Source: a candidate division FCPU426 bacterium
GTDB lineage: Bacteria; Oederibacteriota; PGYV01; Palsa-1178
Direction: 5' to 3'
NCBI GenBank assembly: GCA_963840035.1
Contig: CAWIXE010000001.1
Coordinates: forward strand, 512,001-576,000
Length of the DNA stretch: 64,000 bases
The notes under the pieces are model-generated. The model made no database searches. It saw only the letters and a list, made by a program, of their open reading frames with translations, and was not told the DNA's origin. Within the stretch, counting starts at the first letter, position 1, and each line of letters opens with the position of its first letter. Below, piece by piece: positions 9,383 through 19,108 of the stretch. The translations under genes were made by a program, and so were the position numbers.

Positions 9383-10390
9383 ATGAAACTTATTAAATTA
9401 GCGGCAGTGATTTCCGTATTCATGTTTACGGCGGCATGTACCCAGCAGGCAGCGGCGGCTACCAAGGCCACTCCTGTACCGACAAAAGCAAAGGCAGCGG
9501 CGGCAAAACCCGCTGCCGTAAAAACAAAGCAGGCGGCCAACGAGGATTATTCCATCGCGTATGTCAATGACTTTGACGGCGAGTGCGAGATAAAGAGAAA
9601 AGGCGAAGACATACCCGAGGCGCTGCAGGACCTTTACATACCGCTTTATGAAGGTGACACCATATCCACCGGAAGCGACGCGGCCATGGAAGTGGTCTTT
9701 GACGATTCGACCATTATTAAGATGGATTCAAGGTCAACCCTTGTGATTAGGAATTTGAACAGAAAAAAAGAATCAAAGACCATGCTTGAGCTGTTAAAAG
9801 GCAGGGTTGTGGCAATAGTAAAAAAACTGATGGAAAAGGATGAGTTCTCGGTAAAGACCAAGATGGCAATGGCCGCGGTAAAAGGGACGGAATTCATAGT
9901 GGACTCCGGGGATGAAAAAGTCGGAGTGTATGAAGGGGCCGTGGAAGTATCAGGCATGGACATGAGCGGGAACGTGCTCAATAAAGTGGTCCTGCAAAAA
10001 GACCAGGAAACGATAATAATAAAGAACCTCCGCAGGCCCGACAGGATAAGGCCCATATCGGCGAATTTTGTAAAGCGCTATAAGGAAGTAAAGGACCTGC
10101 GCGCCAAGATAGAAATGATGAGGGAACTGCGGCGCTCCGGCAAGATAAAGAAGTTCAAGGTGGAGAGAAGGCTTAAAAGGATAGAAAGCCTGAGGACCAT
10201 GATGAACGCCGACCCGGATAAGTTCAATAACCTGCCCGAAGGGCAGAAGGCGCTGGTAAAGGAAATAATGAAGGAAGAACCGGCCTTAAACGCGCAGAAG
10301 GAAGAGCTGGAAAAGGAAAAGCGCAAGGATAAGATGAACAGGTTAAAGATGATGTTAAAGAAGAAAAAAACGGATAATAACGAGGAATAA
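9383..10390 (+). CDS. FecR-domain lipoprotein
   Basis: RBS AGGAGG; lipobox TAAC; EGDTISTG, AAVKGTEF, VYEGAVEV FecR motifs; charged helical tail. Confidence 0.8.
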   Translation: MKLIKLAAVISVFMFTAACTQQAAAATKATPVPTKAKAAAAKPAAVKTKQAANEDYSIAYVNDFDGECEIKRKGEDIPEALQDLYIPLYEGDTISTGSDAAMEVVFDDSTIIKMDSRSTLVIRNLNRKKESKTMLELLKGRVVAIVKKLMEKDEFSVKTKMAMAAVKGTEFIVDSGDEKVGVYEGAVEVSGMDMSGNVLNKVVLQKDQETIIIKNLRRPDRIRPISANFVKRYKEVKDLRAKIEMMRELRRSGKIKKFKVERRLKRIESLRTMMNADPDKFNNLPEGQKALVKEIMKEEPALNAQKEELEKEKRKDKMNRLKMMLKKKKTDNNEE

Positions 10391-10410
10391 TAAAGCAGGG
10401 TATAATGCAT

Positions 10411-10442
10411 AAAAAGGCCGGCTGAAAAAGCCGGCCTTTTTA
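10411..10442 (+). terminator. Rho-independent terminator (bidirectional form)
   Basis: aaaaaggccggct-gaaaa-agccggccttttt. Confidence 0.85.
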
Positions 10443-10672
10443 TGTTTGTTCCTGATTGTTTGGTTTTAATCTAAAATCGAAAATTCATAATCCAGAATCC
10501 TGTTTTTGTAAAGAACCCTTGTATAACCCCGCTTTTAGTAGTATAATTGAATCTGATCCAAAAAATCACATTTTCAAATGCATTTTGGGTTTAAAAGATG
10601 CGGCAAAAAGCTTGGACTTAAAGCCTGCCACATGCGGGAAGGCCCCTTAAGCGGCGGTTTTTCCGGCGGGAG

Positions 10673-12310
10673 ATGATTCACATGACTCAGAAAAAGGAAT
10701 TTTGCGAAAGCCTGAACTATCCGGCCAAGAACTTAAGGCCGCTGGGAAAAGAACCCATATCTGTCCCAAAAGACCCCATGATAACCGATTTCTCGCCGTT
10801 CAAAGGCAGCACTGTCACGCCAAAGCACTTCCATTACGGGCTGTATTTTACTGCCTTTGACGTGCGCGATTACGGCCCGCAGATAAAAAAATTCATGAAG
10901 ATTTTCGCTCCGCTTGACGTAAAAAAAGTTTACCTTGAGACATACCGCGACGGGTACACCGTTGATAAAGCCGTGCTTGAAGCCGCCAAGAAAGCCCTGC
11001 ATGAGGAGAAGTACCACGTCTCCGGCGGGATTACACCCACGCACTTTTCCGACAGGGAAAAGAACGAGTTCCCTACGGCCTCAGGCTGTTTTACCGACAG
11101 GGAAGCAAACAGAAAAATGAAAAAAATATTTGAGTTTACCGCCGAGATATTTGACGAAATAATCATAGACGACTGGTTTTTTACGGCGTGCGAATGCGCG
11201 GACTGTAAAAAAGCCAAAGGCAAAAAGACATGGCAGGAATTCAGGTCCAAGCTCATGTTTGACGTCTCAAAAAAATACATCATAGAACCGGCTAAAAAGA
11301 TAAACAAGAACGTCAACCTCATATTAAAGCTCCCGAACTGGTACGAACGTTTCTATGACAGGGGCTACGACCTGACAAAACTCGTGGATATTTACGACGA
11401 GATAGCGGTCGGAACCGAGACCAGGGACTATAACGAGGCGCGCTTCATGCCGGCGTACGGTTCCATGCTCTTTAAGTATATAAAGCAGATGGCGCCGGAC
11501 AAGGTTAAAAAAGCGTGGTTCGACGTGTACCAGTGCAATAAAGAAATATACACTGAGCAGGCATACCAGTCCATCTTAGGCGGCGCGCACGAGATAATAC
11601 TTTTCTGCGCCGGAATAATGCCGCAGCCGCTCATCAGGCCGGTCGTGGAAGAGCTCATAGAAAAGACAAATAAGATAGACAGGCTCTCCTCGTTCGGCAA
11701 AATGTTCTCTGTGCCGATGCTCAGGGAGGCGAACACTTACGGCGACGAGCTTTTCAACCAGTACCTGCTCATGATGGGCATACCGTGCTACATGTCGGAC
11801 AAACCCAACCATAAGGAAAAAATGATAGTCCTGACAGCACAGTCCGCGCACAGGGAGGATTACTCCTCGCTTTTTAACCACCTTTTAAAGCAGAAAAAAT
11901 ACATGTTCATCACTTCGACATTCGCAAAGGAACTCAAAAAATATTTCCACATAGAAAAACTCAAGGAAGAAGTAAAGGTGGAGTTTGTGGCGTATAAGAC
12001 CGCCGAGGCCTTCATGGATAACGACGTCTATATTACCCACGAGATAAATAACGGCAAGAGGATAGCGCTGGTAAATAACGCGTACTCATTTATCAGCGTA
12101 TTTAAGATAAAAGAATCGAACATCTGGGTTTTGAACATGCCCTATACCACGGATGAAATATCCACCCACACGGGCGCGAAAATAAGCGAGAATTTCAGGT
12201 TCCTGTTAAGGAACGAGCAGGCGCTGCGCGCCATACAGTCGGCATTTGACAGCTACGCGAACATAAAGCTTTTTGACGCGGTAAAGACTTTTTATAAGTA
12301 CAAGATTTAG
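10673..12310 (+). CDS. Hypothetical protein, possibly glycoside-hydrolase-like TIM barrel with Cys cluster
   Basis: VYLETYR, FDEIIIDDWFFTACECADC, GTETRD; long ORF with host-like codon use. Confidence 0.5.
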   Translation: MIHMTQKKEFCESLNYPAKNLRPLGKEPISVPKDPMITDFSPFKGSTVTPKHFHYGLYFTAFDVRDYGPQIKKFMKIFAPLDVKKVYLETYRDGYTVDKAVLEAAKKALHEEKYHVSGGITPTHFSDREKNEFPTASGCFTDREANRKMKKIFEFTAEIFDEIIIDDWFFTACECADCKKAKGKKTWQEFRSKLMFDVSKKYIIEPAKKINKNVNLILKLPNWYERFYDRGYDLTKLVDIYDEIAVGTETRDYNEARFMPAYGSMLFKYIKQMAPDKVKKAWFDVYQCNKEIYTEQAYQSILGGAHEIILFCAGIMPQPLIRPVVEELIEKTNKIDRLSSFGKMFSVPMLREANTYGDELFNQYLLMMGIPCYMSDKPNHKEKMIVLTAQSAHREDYSSLFNHLLKQKKYMFITSTFAKELKKYFHIEKLKEEVKVEFVAYKTAEAFMDNDVYITHEINNGKRIALVNNAYSFISVFKIKESNIWVLNMPYTTDEISTHTGAKISENFRFLLRNEQALRAIQSAFDSYANIKLFDAVKTFYKYKI

Positions 12311-12340
12311 TTTTTATTGCTGTGATCTGTTACAACGTTG

Positions 12341-12397
12341 GTAGCCGCAGCCTTTAGGCTGCGTAACGGGGTACCGCAACCTGAAGGTTGCGACTAC
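12341..12397. repeat. REP doublet (single copy also at 49169-49191)
   Basis: gtagccgcagcctttaggctgcg ... cgcaacctgaaggttgcgactac. Confidence 0.8.
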
Positions 12398-12445
12398 CAA
12401 AAACACATTTCCATATTGGCAACGATTAAAAAAAAGGGGTAATAC

Positions 12446-12667
12446 ATGGCAAAATCAGAAAAACCAAAAATGAACATGATACTGCTCTGCTGCCTCGGAT
12501 TCGTGGGGCTGGCGGGAATACACCGTTTCTATTCAGGCAAGGTACTCACAGGCATACTATGGCTGATAACGGCCGGGCTGTGCGGCATAGGCACCATATA
12601 TGACCTGATTGTAATCGGCACGGACAATTTCAAGGATTCAAACGGCAATACAATAAGCGACAAGTAA
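12446..12667 (+). CDS. TM2-domain protein
   Basis: GLAGIHRFYSGK...GILWLITAGLCGIGTIYDL. Confidence 0.9.
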   Translation: MAKSEKPKMNMILLCCLGFVGLAGIHRFYSGKVLTGILWLITAGLCGIGTIYDLIVIGTDNFKDSNGNTISDK

Positions 12668-12743
12668 ATACGGACTAAATTCAAACCATCAAATGGAACA
12701 AAAAAAAGTTAAATAGCCGTCATTAAAAATAAGGAGGCGTTAT

Positions 12744-13109
12744 ATGGCAGGGGTAAGTTTTATAACACATAACGGAATAAGGATCCTGTATGAAGACTAT
12801 TCAGAAAGCAAACCCGCTGAAGTATTAGGGTTTCTTGAAAAAGCAAAAACGATTATTGCCGCGGAACCTCCAAATTCGGTGCTCGCGCTTGTTAACGTAA
12901 AGGGGTCAAATTTTGACAGGACCGTCGCGAACGCCATGAAGGAATTCGTAAAAGCAAACACCCCGTACATAAAATGCTCGGCCGTTTATGGGGTCGAAGG
13001 GCTCATGGAGGTTGTATTTAAGGGCGTTATAGCTTTTTCCGGGAGGAAAAATCTCGTGCTTTTCAATGTGCTTGAAGAGGCAAAGGAGTATCTTGCAAAC
13101 CTGAAATAA
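12744..13109 (+). CDS. Small STAS/SpoIIAA-like hypothetical protein (paralog 1)
   Basis: 121 aa; clear paralog of the next gene (KEFVKxNTPYIK, AVYGVEGLM). Confidence 0.65.
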   Translation: MAGVSFITHNGIRILYEDYSESKPAEVLGFLEKAKTIIAAEPPNSVLALVNVKGSNFDRTVANAMKEFVKANTPYIKCSAVYGVEGLMEVVFKGVIAFSGRKNLVLFNVLEEAKEYLANLK

Positions 13110-13129
13110 CAATTTTAAGGGGAGAAAAC

Positions 13130-13495
13130 ATGGCCGGAATCAGCTTTATAATGCACAACGCAAAGAGGATGCTGTACCTGGATTTTTCAAACATGAACAT
13201 GGAACAGTTTTTTGAAAGCCTGGAAAAGGCAAAAGCAATGATATCCTCAGAACCTGAAAAGTCAGTGCTCACCCTTGTTAACGTAAAAGGCGGAAAATTT
13301 GACACAAAGGTAAGCGGGGCCCTGAAGGAATTCGTAAAATCAAATACCCCTTACATAAAAGCCACTGCTGTTTACGGCGTGGAAGGACTTATGGACATTA
13401 TTTTCAAAAGCATACTCGCGGTTTCAGGCAGGAAAAACCTTGTTTCTTTTACTGACCTGGATAAGGCAAAAGACTACCTCTCCGGACAGAAGTAA
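13130..13495 (+). CDS. Small STAS/SpoIIAA-like hypothetical protein (paralog 2)
   Basis: 121 aa, colinear with the preceding gene. Confidence 0.65.
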   Translation: MAGISFIMHNAKRMLYLDFSNMNMEQFFESLEKAKAMISSEPEKSVLTLVNVKGGKFDTKVSGALKEFVKSNTPYIKATAVYGVEGLMDIIFKSILAVSGRKNLVSFTDLDKAKDYLSGQK

Positions 13496-13564
13496 AAATC
13501 ACCCGCAACCCATGGCGTTTTCATGCGTTATATAGATATGAAGCAAAACACATAAGGAGATGCC

Positions 13565-15177
13565 ATGAAAAAGACAATCATAATCCTCGCACTTGCAGCC
13601 TTATTAGCGCCTGTTTACGCGGCGGATATTTCCATAGACACATCCAAGGGCCGCTCGCCCATTTCAAAGTATATCTACGGCACGAACCAGGACCTGGCTT
13701 TAAACACAAATTACACCGCCCGCAGGCTCGGCGGCAACAGGATGACAGGTTATAACTGGGAAAATAACGCCTCAAACGCCGGCCAGGACTGGCAGCACTC
13801 AAGCGACAACTATCTGCTGGATTCCTTAAGCGAACCCGTGACCGACCAGAACGAAGCCGGAAAACTCCTTACGGCATTCCACGATAAGTCCCTAACCATG
13901 AACGCCTACTCAATTATTACACTGCCGCTTGCCGGATATGTTGCAAAAGACAAAGGCGGGCCTGTCAGCGCGAAGGAAAAAGCGCCATCGGCAAGATGGG
14001 CAAAGGTAATGTTCAGCAAAAAAGGGGAACTTTCCCTGGAACCCGATAAAAATGACGACACAGTATATCTTGATGAGGAGGTAAATTTCCTTGTCAATAA
14101 ATACGGAAAAGCAAATACCCCGACCGGAATAAAAGGGTATTCGCTGGACAACGAGCCTGACATATGGGCGTCCACACACCCGATGATACATCCTGATAAA
14201 GCAGGCGCGGAGGAGTACATACAGAAATCAATAGAAGCGTGTACTGTCATAAAAAAACTGGATCCTTACGCGGAAACTTACGGACCTGCCTCTTACGGTT
14301 TCAACGGTTTCAAAACGTTCCAGGACGCGCCGGATTACACCAAGCAGCAGTGGACCTACGGCTGGTACCTGGCTTACTACCTGGATGCCATGGCAAAAGC
14401 CTCAAAAAAATCCGGGAAAGGCTGCTTGATGTCCTTGATGTGCACTGGTACCCGGAGGCATCGGCAAACGGCAAGAGGATAGTCTTCTCGCAGGGCGCGG
14501 CTGATGAGACGGCGGAGGCGCGCGTGCAGGCGCCGCGCTCGCTGTGGGACCCGGATTATACGGAATCCAGCTGGATATGCTCCAGCGGAAACTGCCCCAT
14601 CACGCTCATACCGAAACTAAACGACATGATAAAAAAGTATAACCCCGGAACAAAACTCTCGTTTACTGAATATGAATACGGCGCGGGCTATCATATCTCG
14701 GGAGGCATTGCCGAGGCTGACGTGCTTGGAATTTTCGGAAAGTACGGAGTGTACATGGCGAATTACTGGATGGTGGAGCTCGGGGCTTATACGCTGGCGG
14801 CATTCAGGCTCTACAGGAATTACGACGGCGAGAACGGAATGTACGGAGATACGAATGTAAAAGCGGACAGCTCGGATGTGGAAAAGATAACGACTTACGC
14901 TTCGATAATAGGAAATGACGAAAGCAAGCTTCACATAATCGCTATTAACAAAGACCTGGGCAATACGCAGACGGCAAACGTAACGATAAAGTCGGATCAG
15001 ATGTTTACGGAAGGCAAGGCATACGGTTTTGACAAGGCAGGCGGCCCGGGCATTACTTTAAGGGAGACATTCAGCGGGGTTAAGGGAAACAAGTTGTCGT
15101 TTGTCATGCCGCCGCTGTCGGCGTACCACCTGGTATTGGTTTCAACAGGTGTAAAGAAGACTACAAAGAAAAAATAG
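13565..15177 (+). pseudogene. Secreted GH44 endoglucanase split by a 1-nt frameshift near 14404-14420
   Basis: 5' frame has signal peptide, RLGGNRMTGYNWENNASNAG and DNEP; 3' frame has RLLDVLDVHWYPEA, RVQAPRSLWD and FTEY. Confidence 0.88.
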
Positions 15178-15212
15178 CGGTTTAGATATTAAATATTTAC
15201 AGCCCCTGTTAC

Positions 15213-15268
15213 GGGCGGACACCTGCTTTCGCTGAAGCTTCAGCAGTCAAGCATAGGTCCTCCCCTAC
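15213..15268. repeat. REP-like hairpin interrupted by a 30-bp mini-hairpin
   Basis: gggcggacac[ctgctttcgctgaagcttcagcagtcaagc]ataggtcctcccctac. Confidence 0.6.
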
Positions 15269-15318
15269 AGGGGTTATTTTGTTTGTTATGCATGGATAAA
15301 GTAAGCCAAAAACATAAT

Positions 15319-15347
15319 TTGACTTACTTTATTTTTATGTGTAAGAT
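15319..15347 (+). promoter_or_regulatory. Sigma70 promoter with overlapping inverted repeat (likely TA operator)
   Basis: TTGACT-N17-TAAGAT; CTTAC...GTAAG inverted repeat. Confidence 0.6.
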
Positions 15348-15368
15348 ATGGATATAGGAGGTGTAGCC

Positions 15369-15620
15369 ATGTATACCATAACCGTAACGCAAAAAGGGCA
15401 GGTTGTCATACCTGCAGGCATAAGAAAGAGGCTTCATATAAAAAAGGGGACAAAACTGCTTGTCCGCGAGGATGCGCAGAATATAATAATAACCCCTGAG
15501 AGTGCGGACAAGATATCCCAAATGCGCGGCGCACTTAGGTGTGAAGGATCCATGACAGAGTTCCTTCTAAACGAGCGCTCAAGCGAGTCGGAATACATGG
15601 GGCGTAAATGGGAAAAATAG
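15369..15620 (+). CDS. AbrB/MazE/SpoVT-family antitoxin
   Basis: RBS AGGAGGTG; VTQKGQVVIPAGIRKRLHIKKG. Confidence 0.88.
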   Translation: MYTITVTQKGQVVIPAGIRKRLHIKKGTKLLVREDAQNIIITPESADKISQMRGALRCEGSMTEFLLNERSSESEYMGRKWEK

Positions 15621-16006
15621 TATTTGATACATACGCCATAGCCGCGTTTTTTTATGATGAAAAAGGGGCTGGTGAGGTCGAAAATATATTAAAACACGCG
15701 GCCAAAAACGGCGGACGGATGATGATTTCCGCGGTAAATTATGGCGAGTTATTTTATGCTGTGCTTAAAAAGTCGGGCAAAGACGCGGCATTAAAAGCAA
15801 GGGACATGGTTGACGTGCTGGGGATTGAAGTAATCGACGCCGGCAGGGAATTATCCCTTCTGGCAGGAAGCTATAAAGCGTCAAATAAGATGTCATTTTC
15901 CGACTGTTTCTGCGCAGCGCTGGCAAAACTGCATGGGGCTGTTGTCATTACAGGCGACAAAGAATTTAAGGAAGTCGAAAGGGAGATAAAGATACACTGG
16001 ATTTAG
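15608..16006 (+). CDS. vapC: VapC-family PIN-domain toxin
   Basis: VFDTYA, SFSDCF, TGDKEF; overlaps the antitoxin. Confidence 0.88.
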   Translation: MGKIVFDTYAIAAFFYDEKGAGEVENILKHAAKNGGRMMISAVNYGELFYAVLKKSGKDAALKARDMVDVLGIEVIDAGRELSLLAGSYKASNKMSFSDCFCAALAKLHGAVVITGDKEFKEVEREIKIHWI

Positions 16007-16022
16007 AAATACATGGATTACC

Positions 16023-16106
16023 GTAGGGGCTATTCACGAATCTCTCTCCGCGTTTTCGCACATCACTGCCTTGCACAAAAGCGGGCGATTCGTGAATAGC
16101 CCCTAC
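16023..16106. repeat. REP doublet of the family flanking the RAYT gene
   Basis: gtaggggctattcacgaat ... gggcgattcgtgaatagcccctac. Confidence 0.8.
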
Positions 16107-16122
16107 AAAAAAAGGAGATTTT

Positions 16123-16902
16123 ATGAATACAATTATCTACTACTACACAGGCACAGGCAATTCCTTATGGACTGCGCGGCTGCTTGCGGCGGAACTTGGG
16201 GACACGTCAATTATCCCTATGGCGGGAAATCATAAACCGGAAAAAGCACAACGTGTTGGGTTTGTTTTTCCGGTGCACATGTGGGGAGTACCCGGGGCAA
16301 TAATTAAATTTCTTGAAAAACTTGAAAAAACCCCGGACACGTATTACTTCGCGGCTGCGGTAAATGCCGGGGAAGTATCCAGGACATTAATCCAGCTTCA
16401 GGAAATCTTCTCGGCAGCGGGCGTAAAACTATCAGCGGGCATTGACGTTGTCATGCCGTCGAACTACGTGCCATGGGGCGGGCCGGGGACGGATGAGCAG
16501 GTAAAAGAAATTACCGCAAAGGCAGAGAAGGCTGTTAAAGAAGCCGCGGCATATATAAAGGCCGGCAATTCCGGAAGGATAGACAAAGGGCCGCTGTGGC
16601 AGAGGATAGTATACACGTGGATATATAAAAGTTCATTCAAATGGATATTCCAGATGGATAAGGGATTCCGGGTGGATGACAAGTGCAACTCGTGCGGTAT
16701 CTGCGAAAAAGTATGCCCCGCCAAAAATATTACCATGGCCGGCGGCAAGCCCGTATGGAACCATAAGTGCGAGCAGTGCCTGGCGTGCATTCAGTGGTGC
16801 CCGGTGGCGTCCATACAGTACGGGAAGAAGACGCCGATGTATCCCAGGTATCATCAGGGGACGGTAAAAGTGGCGGATATGATAAATAGTCTTAAAGATT
16901 AG
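16123..16902 (+). CDS. EFR1-family flavodoxin-ferredoxin protein
   Basis: YYTGTGNS flavodoxin-like start; two CxxCxxCxxxCP motifs. Confidence 0.9.
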   Translation: MNTIIYYYTGTGNSLWTARLLAAELGDTSIIPMAGNHKPEKAQRVGFVFPVHMWGVPGAIIKFLEKLEKTPDTYYFAAAVNAGEVSRTLIQLQEIFSAAGVKLSAGIDVVMPSNYVPWGGPGTDEQVKEITAKAEKAVKEAAAYIKAGNSGRIDKGPLWQRIVYTWIYKSSFKWIFQMDKGFRVDDKCNSCGICEKVCPAKNITMAGGKPVWNHKCEQCLACIQWCPVASIQYGKKTPMYPRYHQGTVKVADMINSLKD

Positions 16903-16967
16903 CGGAGGAAGATCGAGACAAGAGACTGGAGACAGGAATAAGTAAGACATAGTTCACGGAGGTTCAC

Positions 16968-17399
16968 ATGAAAATATGGGACTCATGGCAGGCGCTGGCT
17001 TTTGCATCCGCGTTATTCGCGGGGTTGACCGCCATATTTGGCAAGATTGGCGTGGCAGGGGTTAATTCAAACCTCGCTACACTCATACGCACGGTTGTAA
17101 TTATCGTAGTGCTGGCTCTTATCGTTACCTGGCGAAATGAATGGCAGCCGCTTGCGAGTATTTCAAAGCATACATGGATATTCCTTACATTATCAGCGCT
17201 TGCCACCGGCGCGTCGTGGATTTGTTATTACCGCGCGCTTCAGACAGGGCCGGCGTCGAGGGTCGCGCCGATTGATAAGATGAGCGTGGTTGTGGCCATG
17301 GTTTTGGCGGCCATTTTCCTGAAGGAAACATTCACGTGGAAGGCGATATTAGGCGGCATCATGGTCGCGGCAGGGGCGCTGCTTTTAGCAATAGCGTAG
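16968..17399 (+). CDS. EamA/DMT-family membrane protein
   Basis: FAGLTAIFGKIG, YYRALQTGPASRVAPIDK. Confidence 0.9.
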   Translation: MKIWDSWQALAFASALFAGLTAIFGKIGVAGVNSNLATLIRTVVIIVVLALIVTWRNEWQPLASISKHTWIFLTLSALATGASWICYYRALQTGPASRVAPIDKMSVVVAMVLAAIFLKETFTWKAILGGIMVAAGALLLAIA

Positions 17400-17455
17400 A
17401 GACGCCTGTGGGTCCAGTTACAACAAAAAATGAGCGTATTAAGATTTAGTACTTT

Positions 17456-17522
17456 GTAGAGACACAGCCCTTTGGCCTGTTTTGGGATCCGGCGTCTGAG
17501 ACGCAGCAAGCTGCGTCTCTAC
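17456..17522. repeat. REP doublet (gtagagac family; also 49078-49140 and 56520-56597)
   Basis: gtagagacacagc ... gagacgcagcaagctgcgtctctac. Confidence 0.7.
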
Positions 17523-17611
17523 GAAAAACAAGGACTTTGTCCACAAATAGGCGGTTTACAACCCTTTCAAAAATGTTATATAATGCATCCAAGACAAACA
17601 AGGGAGGGTCC

Positions 17612-18145
17612 ATGAACAAACTCGTCAAGGAATACGACTACAAAATAAACATGTCAAAAATGATATGGCCCGTACTTTTATTCGGGGCCGCCGCCGTGTT
17701 TTTATTCCGCGAGGCCATGACAAACGACAGGGGGCTTATTATTAACGGCATCATAACGCTTGATACGGGCGGCGCGACAATTTTCTTTTATGTGCTTGCC
17801 GGGTTGTCAGCGGGGTTTGTGCTGCTGGGGATATTAATCGGCCTGTCATCATTACTTGAAAAGGATTCCCCGAAGGTAAAGCTTTACGACGACCGCTTCG
17901 AATACCCCGCAGGAGTCCTTGCCAAAAACGACGCAACAGCGCCTACAGCCGGGAAAAAGACGGTTTATAAGCAGGTGTTATATAATACAATGGCGTCTGT
18001 GAACCTGCTGGACATATATAAGACAAGGATTATAGAAGTGACAACAACAGAAAACAAAAAACACTCTCTTGTGGACTCAAAGTTCAAAACAAGGCAGGAG
18101 CTGGAAGAGGTATTTAATTTTTTATATGAGAACAGGGTGAAATGA
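17612..18145 (+). CDS. Hypothetical membrane protein (2 TM)
   Basis: RBS GGAGG before ATG 17612; two hydrophobic segments. Confidence 0.65.
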   Translation: MNKLVKEYDYKINMSKMIWPVLLFGAAAVFLFREAMTNDRGLIINGIITLDTGGATIFFYVLAGLSAGFVLLGILIGLSSLLEKDSPKVKLYDDRFEYPAGVLAKNDATAPTAGKKTVYKQVLYNTMASVNLLDIYKTRIIEVTTTENKKHSLVDSKFKTRQELEEVFNFLYENRVK

Positions 18146-18218
18146 TTTTGGCAATGTAGTCGCACCCTCTGCGTTCCATCGGGGTGCGTACGCGGGACAA
18201 CAATAAGGAGCGAAAATA

Positions 18219-18749
18219 ATGCCGGACAAAAAAGTCGAACTAAAGGTAAGAATAACCCTCGAGGATTACAGGGACTGGAACTTAAACCTGATATTCACAA
18301 CGAGGTTGATGTTCCTGTCGTTGGTAATACTTATTTTCATGCTGCTGTCGCTTTCATTTTCGTTTTTAGCCGGCAGGAGCATTGGATACTTCATGGGAAC
18401 CTTCGCCCCTGTAATTGGCATCTTCGCCGCGTTTGTCATCCTGCTCTCAGTCATGACCTACATAAACGCGAAAAAAATGTACGACAGCGACAAGCTCATC
18501 CAGGAAGAACAGACATACGCGATAGACACCGAAGCGATAAACACTACAACAAACTATTCCTCGTCCAGAATCACATGGGACAAGATATACAGGGTAACAG
18601 CGGACAAAAAATACATATGCGTATACCTCTCAAAAATGAGGGCATTTTTGCTGCCGAAGAAGTGCTTTACGTCGGCAGCGGATATAAATACAATGATAGA
18701 GATAATAAAGGAAAAGATGGATAAGAAAAAGATAAAAATTAGTAAATGA
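18219..18749 (+). CDS. YcxB-family membrane protein
   Basis: Two TM segments, then ITWDKIYRV...AFLLPKKCF. Confidence 0.8.
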   Translation: MPDKKVELKVRITLEDYRDWNLNLIFTTRLMFLSLVILIFMLLSLSFSFLAGRSIGYFMGTFAPVIGIFAAFVILLSVMTYINAKKMYDSDKLIQEEQTYAIDTEAINTTTNYSSSRITWDKIYRVTADKKYICVYLSKMRAFLLPKKCFTSAADINTMIEIIKEKMDKKKIKISK

Positions 18750-18766
18750 CGCGTAACGTGATTTTC

Positions 18767-19059
18767 GTAGAGCCGCCGCTTGCTGCGGCTCAGGGCAGGC
18801 CTTGTTTGTAATGCCTTCGTAGTCGCAGGCCTTCGTTCCACCGGCCTGCGTCTAGATAAGGGATTCAACTTCTCAAACCGCCGACAGTTCACGCGAGGTT
18901 GATAGCATGGTTTAATAGCAGGCAATCCATGAATAGGCGCGCCCCGATGAAACGAAGAGGGCACGACTACAAAATACCAGCCCTGAGCCGCAGCAAGCAT
19001 ATGTCGTGAGTTCTATAATATACTCACGACATATACGTATCGAACAGCGGCGGCTCTAC
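18767..19059. repeat. Composite nested REP element, copy 1
   Basis: Outer gtagagccgccgcttgctgcggctc...ggctctac, inner gtagtcgcagg...gactac (18819-18970), shared core; homologous to 20691-20990. Confidence 0.85.
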
Positions 19060-19108
19060 AGTGGGGTTTAGAAATTTTGAAGGTCTAAAAAAAGAAAAAA
19101 GGGGTTTT

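Noticed and set aside
18554..19000. 148-aa minus-strand ORF, and the similar 20934-21137 ORF
   Set aside because: Both run through REP composite elements and overlap real genes on the opposite strand.
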